A stretch of DNA of 64,000 nucleotides from Dehalococcoidia bacterium (GCA_965261965.1 OZ253489.1:1538969-1602968), one strand, 5' to 3'; counted from the stretch's first letter, positions 8,772 to 17,997 are shown. Notes: generated by a model not told the origin, from the sequence alone. Translations and numbers: made by a program.

Positions 8772-10081
8772 AGATTCTTCACTCCGTTCGGAATGACAGT
8801 AGGGCGCGTTCGGAATGACAGTAGGGCGCGTTCGGAACGACAGTAGGGCGCGTTCGGAACGACAATGGCGCCCCCCTGCCCGTCACCCTGGCGCGCCTTC
8901 CTCTCTGTCATTCTGAGGGGCGCACCCCGAAGAATCTAGGATGCTGGCTTACCCGCTGGCTCATCGTAGGAATGGGCTGGCCATTGGAGGGAGCATCTCA
9001 GGTTCCTCACTTCGTTCGGAATGACAGAGGGGGCATTCCGAACCCCCCAATGTCATTCCGAACGGAGTGAGGAATCTAAAATCTCTCTCTGATGCCTGGT
9101 CCGCTACTACGACGGTCCTTCGTGTGAGCCAGTATCTTAGATTCTTCGGCGTGCGCGCCTCAGAATGACAATGGGGGGTGCGCCTCAGGATGACAACGGG
9201 GGAGGGTGCTCTCCTCAGAATGACAATGTGGGGAGGGTGCTCCTCAGGATGACAATGGGAGAGATGGGTCTCCTCAGGATGACAATGGGGGAGGGTGCTC
9301 CTCAGGATGACAATGGGGGAGGGTGGTCGTCGGGATGAGAACGGGGGCGTGCCTCAGAATGACAGGGGGGGAGGGTGCTCCTCAGGATTGGGGAGGATTC
9401 GGGATGACGTTAATGTATTGTCATTCCGAACCCCCCAATGTCATTCCGAACCCCTCAATGTCATTCCGAACGGAGTGAGGAATCTAAAATCTCTCTCTGA
9501 TGCCTGGTCCGCTACTACGACGGTCCTTCGTGTGAGCCAGCATCTTAGATTTTTCGGCGTGCGCGCCTCAGAATGACAGGGGGGAGGGTGCGCCTCAGAA
9601 TGACAGGGGGAGGGGGTCTCCTCTGGATGACAATGTGGGGAGGGTGCGCCTCAGGATGACATGGGGAGGGTGCTCGTCGGGATGACAATGGGGGAGGGTG
9701 CTCCTCAGGATGGCGATGGGGGAGGGTGCTCGTCGGGATGACAATGGGGGAGGGTGCTCGTCGGGATGACAATGGGGGAGGGTGCTCGTCGGGATGACAA
9801 TGGGGGAGGGTGCTCGTCGGGATGACAATGGGGGAGGGTGCTCGTCGGGATGAGAACGGGGGAGCGCCTCGGGATGACAATGGGGGAGGGTGCGCCTCAG
9901 GATGACATGGGGGGGAGGGTGCTCGTCAGGATTGGGGAGGAGGGCACTCCTCAGAATGGCGTCAATAACATGTCATTCCGTACCCCCTTGCTGTCATTCC
10001 GTACCCCCTTGCTGTCATTCCGTACCCCCTTACTGTCATTCCGTACCCCCTTACTGTCATTCCGAACGGAGTGAGGAATCT
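8772..10081. repeat. REP-B/BIME-like array
   Basis: Many TGTCATTCCGAAC..GTGAGGAATCT and AGATTCTTC..CTCAG(A/G)ATGACA units, ~60-bp conserved spacers and tandem half-units. Confidence 0.85.
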
Positions 10082-10228
10082 AAGGATAGTCTGAATAAGT
10101 CCCCTTGGATACGGAGGATGGGCGTGAAACCCGTCCCTACAGAGGGGCGAGGTTCCCGCCTTCACGGGAATGACGGGCTTCAGGCGGCGGGAATGACGGG
10201 CTTCAGGCGAGTTGTTCAGAGGTTCCTT
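10082..10228. mobile_element. MITE-A copy 5
   Basis: AAGGATAGTCTGAATAA ... TTGTTCAGAGGTTCCTT. Confidence 0.75.
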
Positions 10229-11126
10229 GGATACCGTCGAGGAACGGTTGGAGGGCTTCAAGAAAGCCGGATGGATTATCGCCGGCTACAAGATGTCCCG
10301 CGCCGGAAACCACCGCTGAGGTGCTATTGGGGATGGTGAGAAGCATGTTCTTCAATGTTTCTTCAGGGAAGATATCGCTGTTGCTTCCCCGGATAATCAG
10401 GGTCGGACAGCCTATCCTGCCCAAGCACTCCCACAGTGCCTCGGGGGTCCAACTGCCAGCTTGAAACCCCGGCGAACGCAGGAGCTTGTCGTACTTCCAG
10501 GTCCACTTTCCATCTTCCCGCCGCCGGATGCTGTGTTTCAAAGCACCCAGCACCTGCTGCCTGGTTCGTCCTGTATATTCTTGGATCCTATCTGCAAACT
10601 CTTCGCGGGAATCCAGTTCATCGGGCAACTCACGGAATCTGTGGATACGGGACACACCTTCTTGACGCGTCCTCGGCCCTATATCGACTATCGCCAGGGC
10701 TTTTACAACCTCAGGGCGCCTCGAGGTGAACACATAGCTGTTTCGACCCCCCATGGAGTGCCCGACCAAGATGAACTGATCGAGACCCATGACATCTATG
10801 AATCCGTCCAGGTCCTTTTGATGAGCTTCCAGTGAATAATCGCCGTCTTCAGCCCATTGGGTTTCGCCGTGACCCCTAGCATCCAGAGCTATCACATGAT
10901 AATCAGAGCATAAGCTCAGAGCTATGAAGTCCCAGCTGTGGCTCTGCTGGAGAGCGCCGTGCAGGAACAGGATGGGTTGTTTGTCCGGAGACCCCCAGTC
11001 CAGATAATGGACCCTGCGCCCATTTACTATAACCTCATGGTCTTGGGGTTCAACCTCCCTGGAAACGGTCAGGCCCATGTTACGGGCAGCTTCAAACAAA
11101 GTCAGGCCTTCTGTCTCGAGGGCCAT
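10203..11126 (-). CDS. Alpha/beta hydrolase
   Basis: FLHG oxyanion motif, LDARGHG, GHSMGG nucleophile elbow, C-terminal GAGHLV His. The last codons lie inside MITE-A copy 5. Confidence 0.9.
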   Translation of the reverse strand: MALETEGLTLFEAARNMGLTVSREVEPQDHEVIVNGRRVHYLDWGSPDKQPILFLHGALQQSHSWDFIALSLCSDYHVIALDARGHGETQWAEDGDYSLEAHQKDLDGFIDVMGLDQFILVGHSMGGRNSYVFTSRRPEVVKALAIVDIGPRTRQEGVSRIHRFRELPDELDSREEFADRIQEYTGRTRQQVLGALKHSIRRREDGKWTWKYDKLLRSPGFQAGSWTPEALWECLGRIGCPTLIIRGSNSDIFPEETLKNMLLTIPNSTSAVVSGAGHLVAGDNPSGFLEALQPFLDGIQGTSEQLA

Positions 11127-11154
11127 ACGGCTATTCTCCTATCAGGAAGTCGAC

Positions 11155-11781
11155 CTAGTTGACTTTATACACCCACACCTGATGATAGACATCCGGCTCG
11201 CCTTTGGGAAGGGGTTGAAAGAGTTCGCCGGTCTCAACCAAGCTCCATTTGCCCGCCCGCTCCAGATGGTCCTGCTTTTCCTTGAAGCCGCTGCCTTCAT
11301 ACACATCGGGCCTCAGGGTAAAGACTATGTAACCACCGGGTTCGGTGATACGGACCAGATCATCCAAAGAGCTGGCTGGAGCATGTCCCAAGGTGAAAAC
11401 ACCCACGCTGGCAACAGCTCCCACAGAATTGGTGGGGAAATCCAGCTCCCCGCCCATGATCATCTGTCGCAGTTCCTGATATACGCCCTTTTTGCGGGCT
11501 TCATCCAGCATACCTTGGGACACTATGAGGTTTCGATAGCCCATCTCCCACAGGTCCTGTCCGACGAGGCCGGTGCCCACACCAGCATCAAGTATCCGAG
11601 CATCCGTAGGGACGTACTTTCTGATCATTTCCGTAGCTTTTCGAGGACCTATCCACCCGAACTCCTGCTGCAAATCAACGTCATAGTCCTTGGCCCACTC
11701 ATCATAACGCTCGGCAAGGTCCTCGTTGCTGGTCGATGAATAAACCCACTGCACCCTATTTTCAACGTTCATGTTTTCCAC
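11155..11781 (-). CDS. Class I SAM-dependent methyltransferase (METTL27/WBSCR27-like), apparently with a short deletion in motif II
   Basis: YDEWAKDYD, ILDAGVGTGLVG motif I, PGGYIVF. YRNLIVSQGML lacks the usual D-x-S acidic residue. Confidence 0.8.
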   Translation of the reverse strand: MENMNVENRVQWVYSSTSNEDLAERYDEWAKDYDVDLQQEFGWIGPRKATEMIRKYVPTDARILDAGVGTGLVGQDLWEMGYRNLIVSQGMLDEARKKGVYQELRQMIMGGELDFPTNSVGAVASVGVFTLGHAPASSLDDLVRITEPGGYIVFTLRPDVYEGSGFKEKQDHLERAGKWSLVETGELFQPLPKGEPDVYHQVWVYKVN

Positions 11782-11808
11782 TGCTTACCCCCGTATATGG
11801 TAATCGGT

Positions 11809-12630
11809 TTATCTCTTTTGGCAAACGTACATACCCCAACCCAGGTCCTGATCTTCCACAGCCCGTACCATCTGCTCGTAGGCGGTGGAAAGAAACTGAT
11901 AGGTGTCAGAATCTTCGAGGCTCTTCTCCTTGGTAATCAAGGTCAGACATTGGTAGCTGGTCTTCAGGTGGGAAGAAAGATCGTGGGCTTCCAGCACCTC
12001 GAATCCGATGTCTTCAAGGGTGCTCTGGTATGATTCAAAGCTAAAATCCGTATCGAATAGAAGCCGGTCATGAACGTAGGTCCTAGCCTCTTCGCTGATA
12101 TCCGGCTTGGGCTTGATCAGGTCGTCGAAGACGAGCACTCCGCCGGGTTGTAGCACACGATGAGCTTCGTACAGTGCTTTCTCTTTTTCATGGAAATGAT
12201 AGATCGCCGCTTGGCTCCACACATGCGAAAAGGCTCCATGCTCAAAGGGCAGATCTGTTGCAGAAGTTTTTTCGAATGATATTAGACTCCTGGTCGGATC
12301 GGGGAGATGCTGAATCGAATCGATCGCATTGCCGATACGGACGCCGCTAAGGTCCACGCCAACGATCCGGCAGCCGGTCGTAGAGTTTAGCCAAGACGCC
12401 GAGGTCCCGTTGCCACAGCCCAGGTCAAGGACACAAGAATCGGCGCCAATTCCGGCCTTTTGGGCCATCACCCTATTGGTATTTTCACAAGCTTCCAAAA
12501 AGTCGATGCCTGTGGATGTGTCGAATATCCCCCAGTGGAGCCCTCCCTCCTTATCCCAAAAGCTCCGGTACAGGGCATCTTCTCCATCGTAGAAAGATTC
12601 TGTATCAGTTTCAGTGAATTTCCGCAGCAT
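11809..12630 (-). CDS. SAM-dependent N-methyltransferase (sarcosine/dimethylglycine or tocopherol MT-like)
   Basis: LHWGIF, VLDLGCGNG, GVDLS, VWSQAAIYH, RVLQPGG. ATG 12630 has a GGAGG SD. Confidence 0.85.
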   Translation of the reverse strand: MLRKFTETDTESFYDGEDALYRSFWDKEGGLHWGIFDTSTGIDFLEACENTNRVMAQKAGIGADSCVLDLGCGNGTSASWLNSTTGCRIVGVDLSGVRIGNAIDSIQHLPDPTRSLISFEKTSATDLPFEHGAFSHVWSQAAIYHFHEKEKALYEAHRVLQPGGVLVFDDLIKPKPDISEEARTYVHDRLLFDTDFSFESYQSTLEDIGFEVLEAHDLSSHLKTSYQCLTLITKEKSLEDSDTYQFLSTAYEQMVRAVEDQDLGWGMYVCQKR

Positions 12631-12982
12631 AATGAACGCCCTCCAAGTATTCCACGAAACGATTATTTTCATCTACCAATATCATCTTGGGTTCGATAGG
12701 GTCGGGGCTGACCTCGAACGAAAGGATTATCAAACAGTCTCCTTTTTCACACAGCTTAGCCCCCGCCCCTTGAACAGAAATGGTCCCAGACCCTGCCTCA
12801 CCAGGAAGAACGTAGGTCTCCCAACGGTTCCCGTTGTCAACGTCGCATATCAAGACCTTCTCATATTCCCAGAGGTCTACCTTATCCATCAGAGCTTGGT
12901 CGATAATCACGCTGCCTATGTAATCAGCGTTGGCGCCAGTAACCCATGCTCTGTGGATCTTCGACCTTAATACTTCTCGCAT
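12611..12982 (-). CDS. panD: Pyruvoyl-dependent aspartate 1-decarboxylase
   Basis: SKIHRA, YIG-S self-cleavage site, NGNRWETY; the usual NGAAA reads QGAGA here. Confidence 0.9.
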   Translation of the reverse strand: MREVLRSKIHRAWVTGANADYIGSVIIDQALMDKVDLWEYEKVLICDVDNGNRWETYVLPGEAGSGTISVQGAGAKLCEKGDCLIILSFEVSPDPIEPKMILVDENNRFVEYLEGVHYAAEIH

Positions 12983-13609
12983 ACATCGCCTCCGATAAAT
13001 TTTTCAAGTTTGCAGGCAGAAAGGTTAGAGGGACACAAAGTGGCAGCTTGGGGCTGAATCTATGTTGATCTAGCTGGTAGGGAAAGACTGAGTTAGTCCC
13101 TCTGGATTCGGATCAGGAAGCCGCTAAGGCTCGCAGGGGAGAGAATGCCTGAGGCTGTGGTGGTGGATAGCTGAGTTGAGCGCCGGTAGAGCGCATGTTG
13201 CCGCGGAAACCGATGCGCAATCCGCTTCTGAAAGCTTCTTGGTGTTTTGAGTTTGCGAAATATCAGCCACCCTGGTCCGGTTTTCAGCCTCGGGCCCGTA
13301 GACCGTTGGCGAGGAGTTCGACCCTTAAGGTATCTGCCAAAAATAGATCTGTCAAATCAGTCTTTTTCTTCTATGAAGGGGCATGTAGTTTATGTTTTCA
13401 ACCATAATCCAGTCCAAAATGATCTTTTTACGTCGAATATAATTGGATTCCCAACGCCAGTCGCTTCCCTTATCGGCAACCCCATATCAGTGACCCCACA
13501 GTCAAACATCATCTGCGATATTGAAGGTTTCAAGGGATTAAGGTACTCTAACCACAACGATCGCACTACCCTTGGTTTCCACAACCAGCGCCAGCAGAGG
13601 AGGTGGAAC

Positions 13610-14674
13610 ATGGCAGAGATACTCGGACTGGGAACCACCCACTACCCATCCTTGATAGCTCCTGACGAAAACAAAAATTGGCCCCTTCCCCGGCTCCTTG
13701 CATCCCATCCCGGCGTCCCAGAAGAAATGAAGATCCCCACCAACTGGCCGGAACCCATGCGGATCGAATACGGAGAAGATGAAGGGGTGGCTTCTGCCAA
13801 GGTGCACAGGGACCGGCTCGTAGATGGCTTCCGGAGGATCAGAGCTGAGCTGGATGCTTTCGAGCCGGACTTTATCGTGCTGTGGGGAGATGATCAGTAT
13901 GAGAACTTCAAGGAAGACATCATCCCTCCCTTTTGCATACTGGGCTACGAAGATATCGATTGCCAGCCCCTGACCCTGCGGGACGGCAGGCCCCGACCCA
14001 ATGTGTGGAACGAACCACCGGATAAGGTGTTTTCTTATTCCGGCCATGCCGAGGCAGCCAGATATCTGACCACCAAGCTGATCGACCAAAACATCGATAT
14101 GTCCTACTCATATCGCCCCCTGCACGAAGCTGGGCTGGGACATGCGTTCATCAACACACTGATGTACCTGGATTATGACCGCCAAGGATTCGATTACCCG
14201 GTGGTGCCATGCGCCATCAACTGCTACGGGAGCCGCGTGATCCGAAATCATGGGAGCTTGTTTCCCCAGGAGGTCGATGGCGTATACCTGCCTGCAGACC
14301 CGCCAAGCCCATCTCCCAAACGGTGTATGGAGGTCGGCGCAGCCACAGTCCGGGCCTTGGCGGACAGCCCTTGGAAAGTTGCCCTGGTTGCTTCTTCCAG
14401 TTGGTCCCACGGCTTCTTGACCGAAAAGAACCACTGGCTATGGCCCGACCATGAATCCGACCGGCAACGTATGGAAGAGTTGGCCGCCGGAAACTATGAT
14501 GCGTGGCGCGAAGCGCCCACCTCATGCATCGAAGATGCTGGGCAACAGGAACTGCTGAACTGGATGTGCTTGGCAGGAGCCATGGAGGAGCTTGGACGTA
14601 AGCCGGAGATCGTCGACTACGTCGAAACCTGGATATTCAACTCCAACAAATGTATGGCGGTGTTCAGACCTTAG
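13610..14674 (+). CDS. Class III extradiol ring-cleavage dioxygenase-like protein (LigB/MhpB fold)
   Basis: LGTTHYP, WGDDQYENF, GLGHAF, ASSSWSH motifs. ATG 13610 has GGAGG; the ORF extension from 13247 is judged spurious. Confidence 0.8.
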   Translation: MAEILGLGTTHYPSLIAPDENKNWPLPRLLASHPGVPEEMKIPTNWPEPMRIEYGEDEGVASAKVHRDRLVDGFRRIRAELDAFEPDFIVLWGDDQYENFKEDIIPPFCILGYEDIDCQPLTLRDGRPRPNVWNEPPDKVFSYSGHAEAARYLTTKLIDQNIDMSYSYRPLHEAGLGHAFINTLMYLDYDRQGFDYPVVPCAINCYGSRVIRNHGSLFPQEVDGVYLPADPPSPSPKRCMEVGAATVRALADSPWKVALVASSSWSHGFLTEKNHWLWPDHESDRQRMEELAAGNYDAWREAPTSCIEDAGQQELLNWMCLAGAMEELGRKPEIVDYVETWIFNSNKCMAVFRP

Positions 14675-14719
14675 GTGTCCGGTAACAAGGAACCCTGATC
14701 GACAAAGGCAGGTGAAACC

Positions 14720-14747
14720 ATGAAGAACGGCTTTAAGATATTCGATT
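14720..14747 (+). pseudogene. Truncated 5' end of a probable amidohydrolase-2 gene (MKNGFKIFD)
   Basis: AGGTG SD plus ATG; the peptide resembles the M-x-x-G-F-K-I-x-D-(x-D-x-H) start of this family and breaks at the putative IS end. Confidence 0.45.
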
Positions 14748-14955
14748 GGGGATTATGTCTGTAATGCGAGCGTTTCCCGAATTCGCGGCAGATCGTCAAC
14801 AACTTATAGCAACCTTGGATGCACTTGGCATATGCACCCCAGAGGACGACGCCAGCATAGTTGACTGGCATTACTACTTAATTGGTCTAAGACTGCGTGT
14901 GTTGACCGGCAACATTGAGGAAGCACGGAGCTTCTACATAGATGAGGAAGGTTAG
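14746..14955 (+). CDS. Hypothetical IS passenger protein
   Basis: 69-aa ORF (ATG probably 14755) overlapping the next ORF. Confidence 0.4.
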   Translation: MGIMSVMRAFPEFAADRQQLIATLDALGICTPEDDASIVDWHYYLIGLRLRVLTGNIEEARSFYIDEEG

Positions 14956-15559
14956 GCTTCCCATGAGTGGTTTGCTTCAATGGTGGCAGTCCGAATTTAC
15001 GGTGACGGAACAAGACTACATCCTGAAAGTATATCGTCCCATGATCGCGGGGAGTGGGGACTCGAATGCCAGAACGCCATTGCGCTACATCGTAGCGCCA
15101 GACGGGGCTATCGGTTCGATCAGTTCCTTGGCGGCACTCGCTACGTGGTTTCTAGGAGAAGCCGATCTCCCACTGGCGAGGCGCATTATGGCGCAGAGCG
15201 TTATCCGGAGGGAGAGCGAGGCTGGGGATATTCTTGACCGTCATTTCACCATTGGCCACATGATTAGAGTGTACTACCGAGACCGCAACCGAGACCCCGC
15301 AGCCTTGCACCTGGCTATTGAAGCGTGTCAGCAACAGATCGACTTGGCCCCCGTAGCGAAGAAAGCATTCCTCAAGGGGTATCCGTTAGCGGCTTTGCCC
15401 GCACATGGCGGATTTGAGCAACTGGCCATAATTCGAGAGAAAGAGAAGGATTACCTAGCGGCAATCCGAGTCGCAACGGAAGCGGAGGCTCAAGGATGGG
15501 CTGGGGATTGGGCTAAGCGGATAGCCCGTTGCAACAAACGAGAGGCCAGTAAATGCTAG
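14942..15559 (+). CDS. Hypothetical helical-repeat (TPR-like) protein, IS passenger
   Basis: Amphipathic helical pattern (AIEACQQQI, GFEQLAIIREKEKDY, GDWAKRI); convergent with and abutting the transposase. Confidence 0.65.
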   Translation: MRKVRLPMSGLLQWWQSEFTVTEQDYILKVYRPMIAGSGDSNARTPLRYIVAPDGAIGSISSLAALATWFLGEADLPLARRIMAQSVIRRESEAGDILDRHFTIGHMIRVYYRDRNRDPAALHLAIEACQQQIDLAPVAKKAFLKGYPLAALPAHGGFEQLAIIREKEKDYLAAIRVATEAEAQGWAGDWAKRIARCNKREASKC

Positions 15560-16443
15560 GCCACCAGCTCCCGGTACTCCATTCGCTCGGTGTTGACGAT
15601 GCGACGGAGCGTGTAAAGGAAGATATGGTCATTGTCTCGGTTGTTGTATCGCCATTCAAGCTCATCGAGGTACCGGTCCAGGTGTTTGGCGCTGACCTTG
15701 TGGAAGGCTCCAATGATGGAACGCTTGAACAGGCTCCACACGCCCTCAATGGAGTTGGTATGCACGTCTCCCACAACCCACTCCTCGGCGGAATGGTTGA
15801 CCGTCTCATGGCGGGTGTTGTGGTCGGCAATACCCAGGTAGGACGCCAACTCATCGGTGTAAATGGCCTCCGCTTCGTCCTTGACTGTGTGGTTAATGAA
15901 GGAGTGGAGCGTGGCCCTCTTTGTGTCGGGTATCCTCGCAAGGCGGATACTCCCGTTGCGCTGGATGGCCCCGGCAACCCAGGTCTTATTGCCCTTGTAG
16001 GCGCGGCCCTTGCCCTTGGCCTTGCCGCCTATCAGAGTTTCGTCCACTTCGACCACTCCGAGAAGGGTCGGCCCCTCGAAAGGATCGTTGCCCATCGCTT
16101 CCCGTATGCGGTGACAGAGATACCAAGCCGTCTTGTAGGCTACTCCGAGGGTGCGCTTGAGTTGCAGTGCAGACATGCCCTTCTTGGACTCGCACATGAG
16201 GTAGACAGCGAGGAGCCACTTACGCAGGGGCAGATGAGAATCGTGCATGATGGTTCCTGCCGTTACGGAGAATTGGTACCGGCAAGCGTTGCAGTCGTAC
16301 TGATTGCGGGCTTCTATCTCCGAGATGCCCAGCGAACCGCAACGAACACAAGCGACGCCGTTAGGCCAGCGAAGCCGTTCGAGCAGGTCGCGACACTTGG
16401 TGTCGGTGTTGAAATCGTCAACCAGAGTAAGGAGATTCGTCAT
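15556..16443 (-). CDS. IS1595-family transposase
   Basis: CxxC..CxxC zinc ribbon, HTH, VEVDET, IYTDE, HTNSIEGVWSLFKR, YLDELEWRYN. Confidence 0.95.
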   Translation of the reverse strand: MTNLLTLVDDFNTDTKCRDLLERLRWPNGVACVRCGSLGISEIEARNQYDCNACRYQFSVTAGTIMHDSHLPLRKWLLAVYLMCESKKGMSALQLKRTLGVAYKTAWYLCHRIREAMGNDPFEGPTLLGVVEVDETLIGGKAKGKGRAYKGNKTWVAGAIQRNGSIRLARIPDTKRATLHSFINHTVKDEAEAIYTDELASYLGIADHNTRHETVNHSAEEWVVGDVHTNSIEGVWSLFKRSIIGAFHKVSAKHLDRYLDELEWRYNNRDNDHIFLYTLRRIVNTERMEYRELVA

Positions 16444-16591
16444 GGCTCAGGCTCCTAAGAGGAAGTTGCTTCCGAAGAACATCGTGGAGAAGTCCGACTC
16501 CGAGATTGCCGAAAAGCTGTTTGGTAAGGCCGCAAAGAAGGAGCTAGACCGGCTCGTTGATGCTCCGAAGAAGTCCATAAAAGAAGTCTAA
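16442..16591 (+). CDS. 49-aa basic protein divergent from the transposase
   Basis: MAQAPKRKLL...KKSIKEV; its ATG overlaps the transposase ATG (CATG). Confidence 0.45.
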   Translation: MAQAPKRKLLPKNIVEKSDSEIAEKLFGKAAKKELDRLVDAPKKSIKEV

Positions 16592-16613
16592 TATGAACCG
16601 AACCCTGTGTCAA
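16585..16613 (-). promoter_or_regulatory. Sigma70-type transposase promoter TTGACA-17-TAGACT
   Basis: Read on the minus strand just inside the putative right IS end. Confidence 0.6.
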
Positions 16614-16684
16614 GTAGATAATCACCGTTTTACAAACGTACCTAAGCTGGGGCTAAGCCCTTCAAACTCCCATTCGAGAGGCAG

Positions 16685-17917
16685 ATGATGAAGGCGATAG
16701 TAGGCGCCACTCTCATTGATGGCACGGGCGGGCTCCCGTTGGAAAATGCCACTGTCGTCGTTGGAGACACGGGCCGGATTGAAGCAGTCGGCCATAGCTC
16801 AGCGGTAGCTGTCCCTGAGGGCACGGCAATCATACCTGCCGGCGGGATGACCCTGATGCCCGGCCTTATCGACTGTCATGATCATCTGACCTCCCACGGC
16901 TACAATATTTTGGGCAGATGGGAATACGGAGAACCCCAGAGCTTACGACACATCCAGACAGCCATGGTTCTGGAAAAAGTCCTGCGCTCAGGCTACACAA
17001 CGATCAGAGATGCCGGTTGGATGGATGCAGGACACAAGATGGCAGTAGAGCAAGGTCTGACCAAAGGCCCCCGTCTGGTTCTGGCCACCAGCCCCATATC
17101 CCCCACAGGAGGGCTGGCAGACCGGTGTAGTCCTTCTGGGCATCATCAACCCCATCCTTCCGACCCGCTGTTGCCCCTCGGCATAGCCAACGGCGTTGAA
17201 GAGGTGCGGTCCATGGTTCGCGAAGTGGTCAGGGTGGGAGCTGACGTAATCAAGTTCGCCACCACAGGCGGAGCAGCATCCCGACCTGGGCACGGCCCCA
17301 AAGACATAGAGTTCGGCCCTGACGAGGTGCGCGCCTTGATAGAAGAAGCCCATGCTCTGGGCAGGCGGACCATGTGTCATGCGGTGGGCGGCCCGGGGCT
17401 GCGTATGGCCGTCGAAGCTGGGGCCAACTCCATTGAGCACGGCTCCTACTTGGATGAGGACCCTGAACTGCTGAAGATGATGGCAGACAAGAACATCTTC
17501 TTTGTACCGACCTTCTCGGTGTATGTGTTCCATGGCGAGCGGGGGACTCCCCACGGCCAAGAGCGGGCTAAGGCGCTGAAACATCATCATGTGCTAAGCC
17601 TTCAAAACGCTCTGGAAGCTGGTGTGAAGGTGGTCGCTGGCACCGATGCCGGTGGCTGGGGTCACCCGAACAATGCGATGGAGCTGGAATGTATGGTGGA
17701 AGCCGGCATGACACCCATGCAAGCGGTGGTGGCCGCCACCAGCTGGGCCGCCGAGTGCTTGGGACTAGAAGGTGAGACAGGGACCGTTCAAAAGGGCAAA
17801 GCTGCCGACCTGTTGGTCATAGACGGCAACCCTCTTAACGATATCACGCATATCCAACAAGAAGAGCGCATCAAGCTGGTTATGAAAGAAGGACGGATAT
17901 ATTCAAGCCAGCTATAA
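16685..17917 (+). CDS. Metal-dependent amidohydrolase (Xaa-Pro dipeptidase-like)
   Basis: MPGLIDCHDH, IKFATTGG carbamylated Lys, CHAVG, SIEHG, AGTDAG. Confidence 0.9.
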   Translation: MMKAIVGATLIDGTGGLPLENATVVVGDTGRIEAVGHSSAVAVPEGTAIIPAGGMTLMPGLIDCHDHLTSHGYNILGRWEYGEPQSLRHIQTAMVLEKVLRSGYTTIRDAGWMDAGHKMAVEQGLTKGPRLVLATSPISPTGGLADRCSPSGHHQPHPSDPLLPLGIANGVEEVRSMVREVVRVGADVIKFATTGGAASRPGHGPKDIEFGPDEVRALIEEAHALGRRTMCHAVGGPGLRMAVEAGANSIEHGSYLDEDPELLKMMADKNIFFVPTFSVYVFHGERGTPHGQERAKALKHHHVLSLQNALEAGVKVVAGTDAGGWGHPNNAMELECMVEAGMTPMQAVVAATSWAAECLGLEGETGTVQKGKAADLLVIDGNPLNDITHIQQEERIKLVMKEGRIYSSQL

Positions 17918-17997
17918 CCGGCATACTCAAACATAACCCACCGGATGGCGAATGACAGTTCGGGCTATCCACTAGCACAGTGCGCTGTAGCTGGGCT

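Larger units (their letters stand above)
14748..16626 (-). mobile_element. IS1595-family element with passenger genes (ends tentative)
   Basis: Transposase inside; left GGGGATTATGT vs right rc GGTGATTATCT (9/11); no TSD found. Confidence 0.55.

Noticed and set aside
13049-13260. tmRNA (GGGGCTGAATC resembles its 5' end)
   Set aside because: No complementary acceptor end, T-arm/CCA or tag frame found.
13247-13609. 121-aa N-terminal extension of the LigB-like protein, and the antisense ORF 13390-13638
   Set aside because: A strong SD and family N-terminus lie at 13610; neither sequence has recognisable motifs.
15553-16458. Long antisense ORFs over transposases (also 28354-29211, 34814-35608, 62924-63766) and over core genes
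   Set aside because: Shadow frames in GC-rich coding DNA.
16649-16659. GGGCTAAGCCC as an IS1380 end-to-end junction or footprint
   Set aside because: Only about 5 bp of each end match, which is too short to separate from chance.
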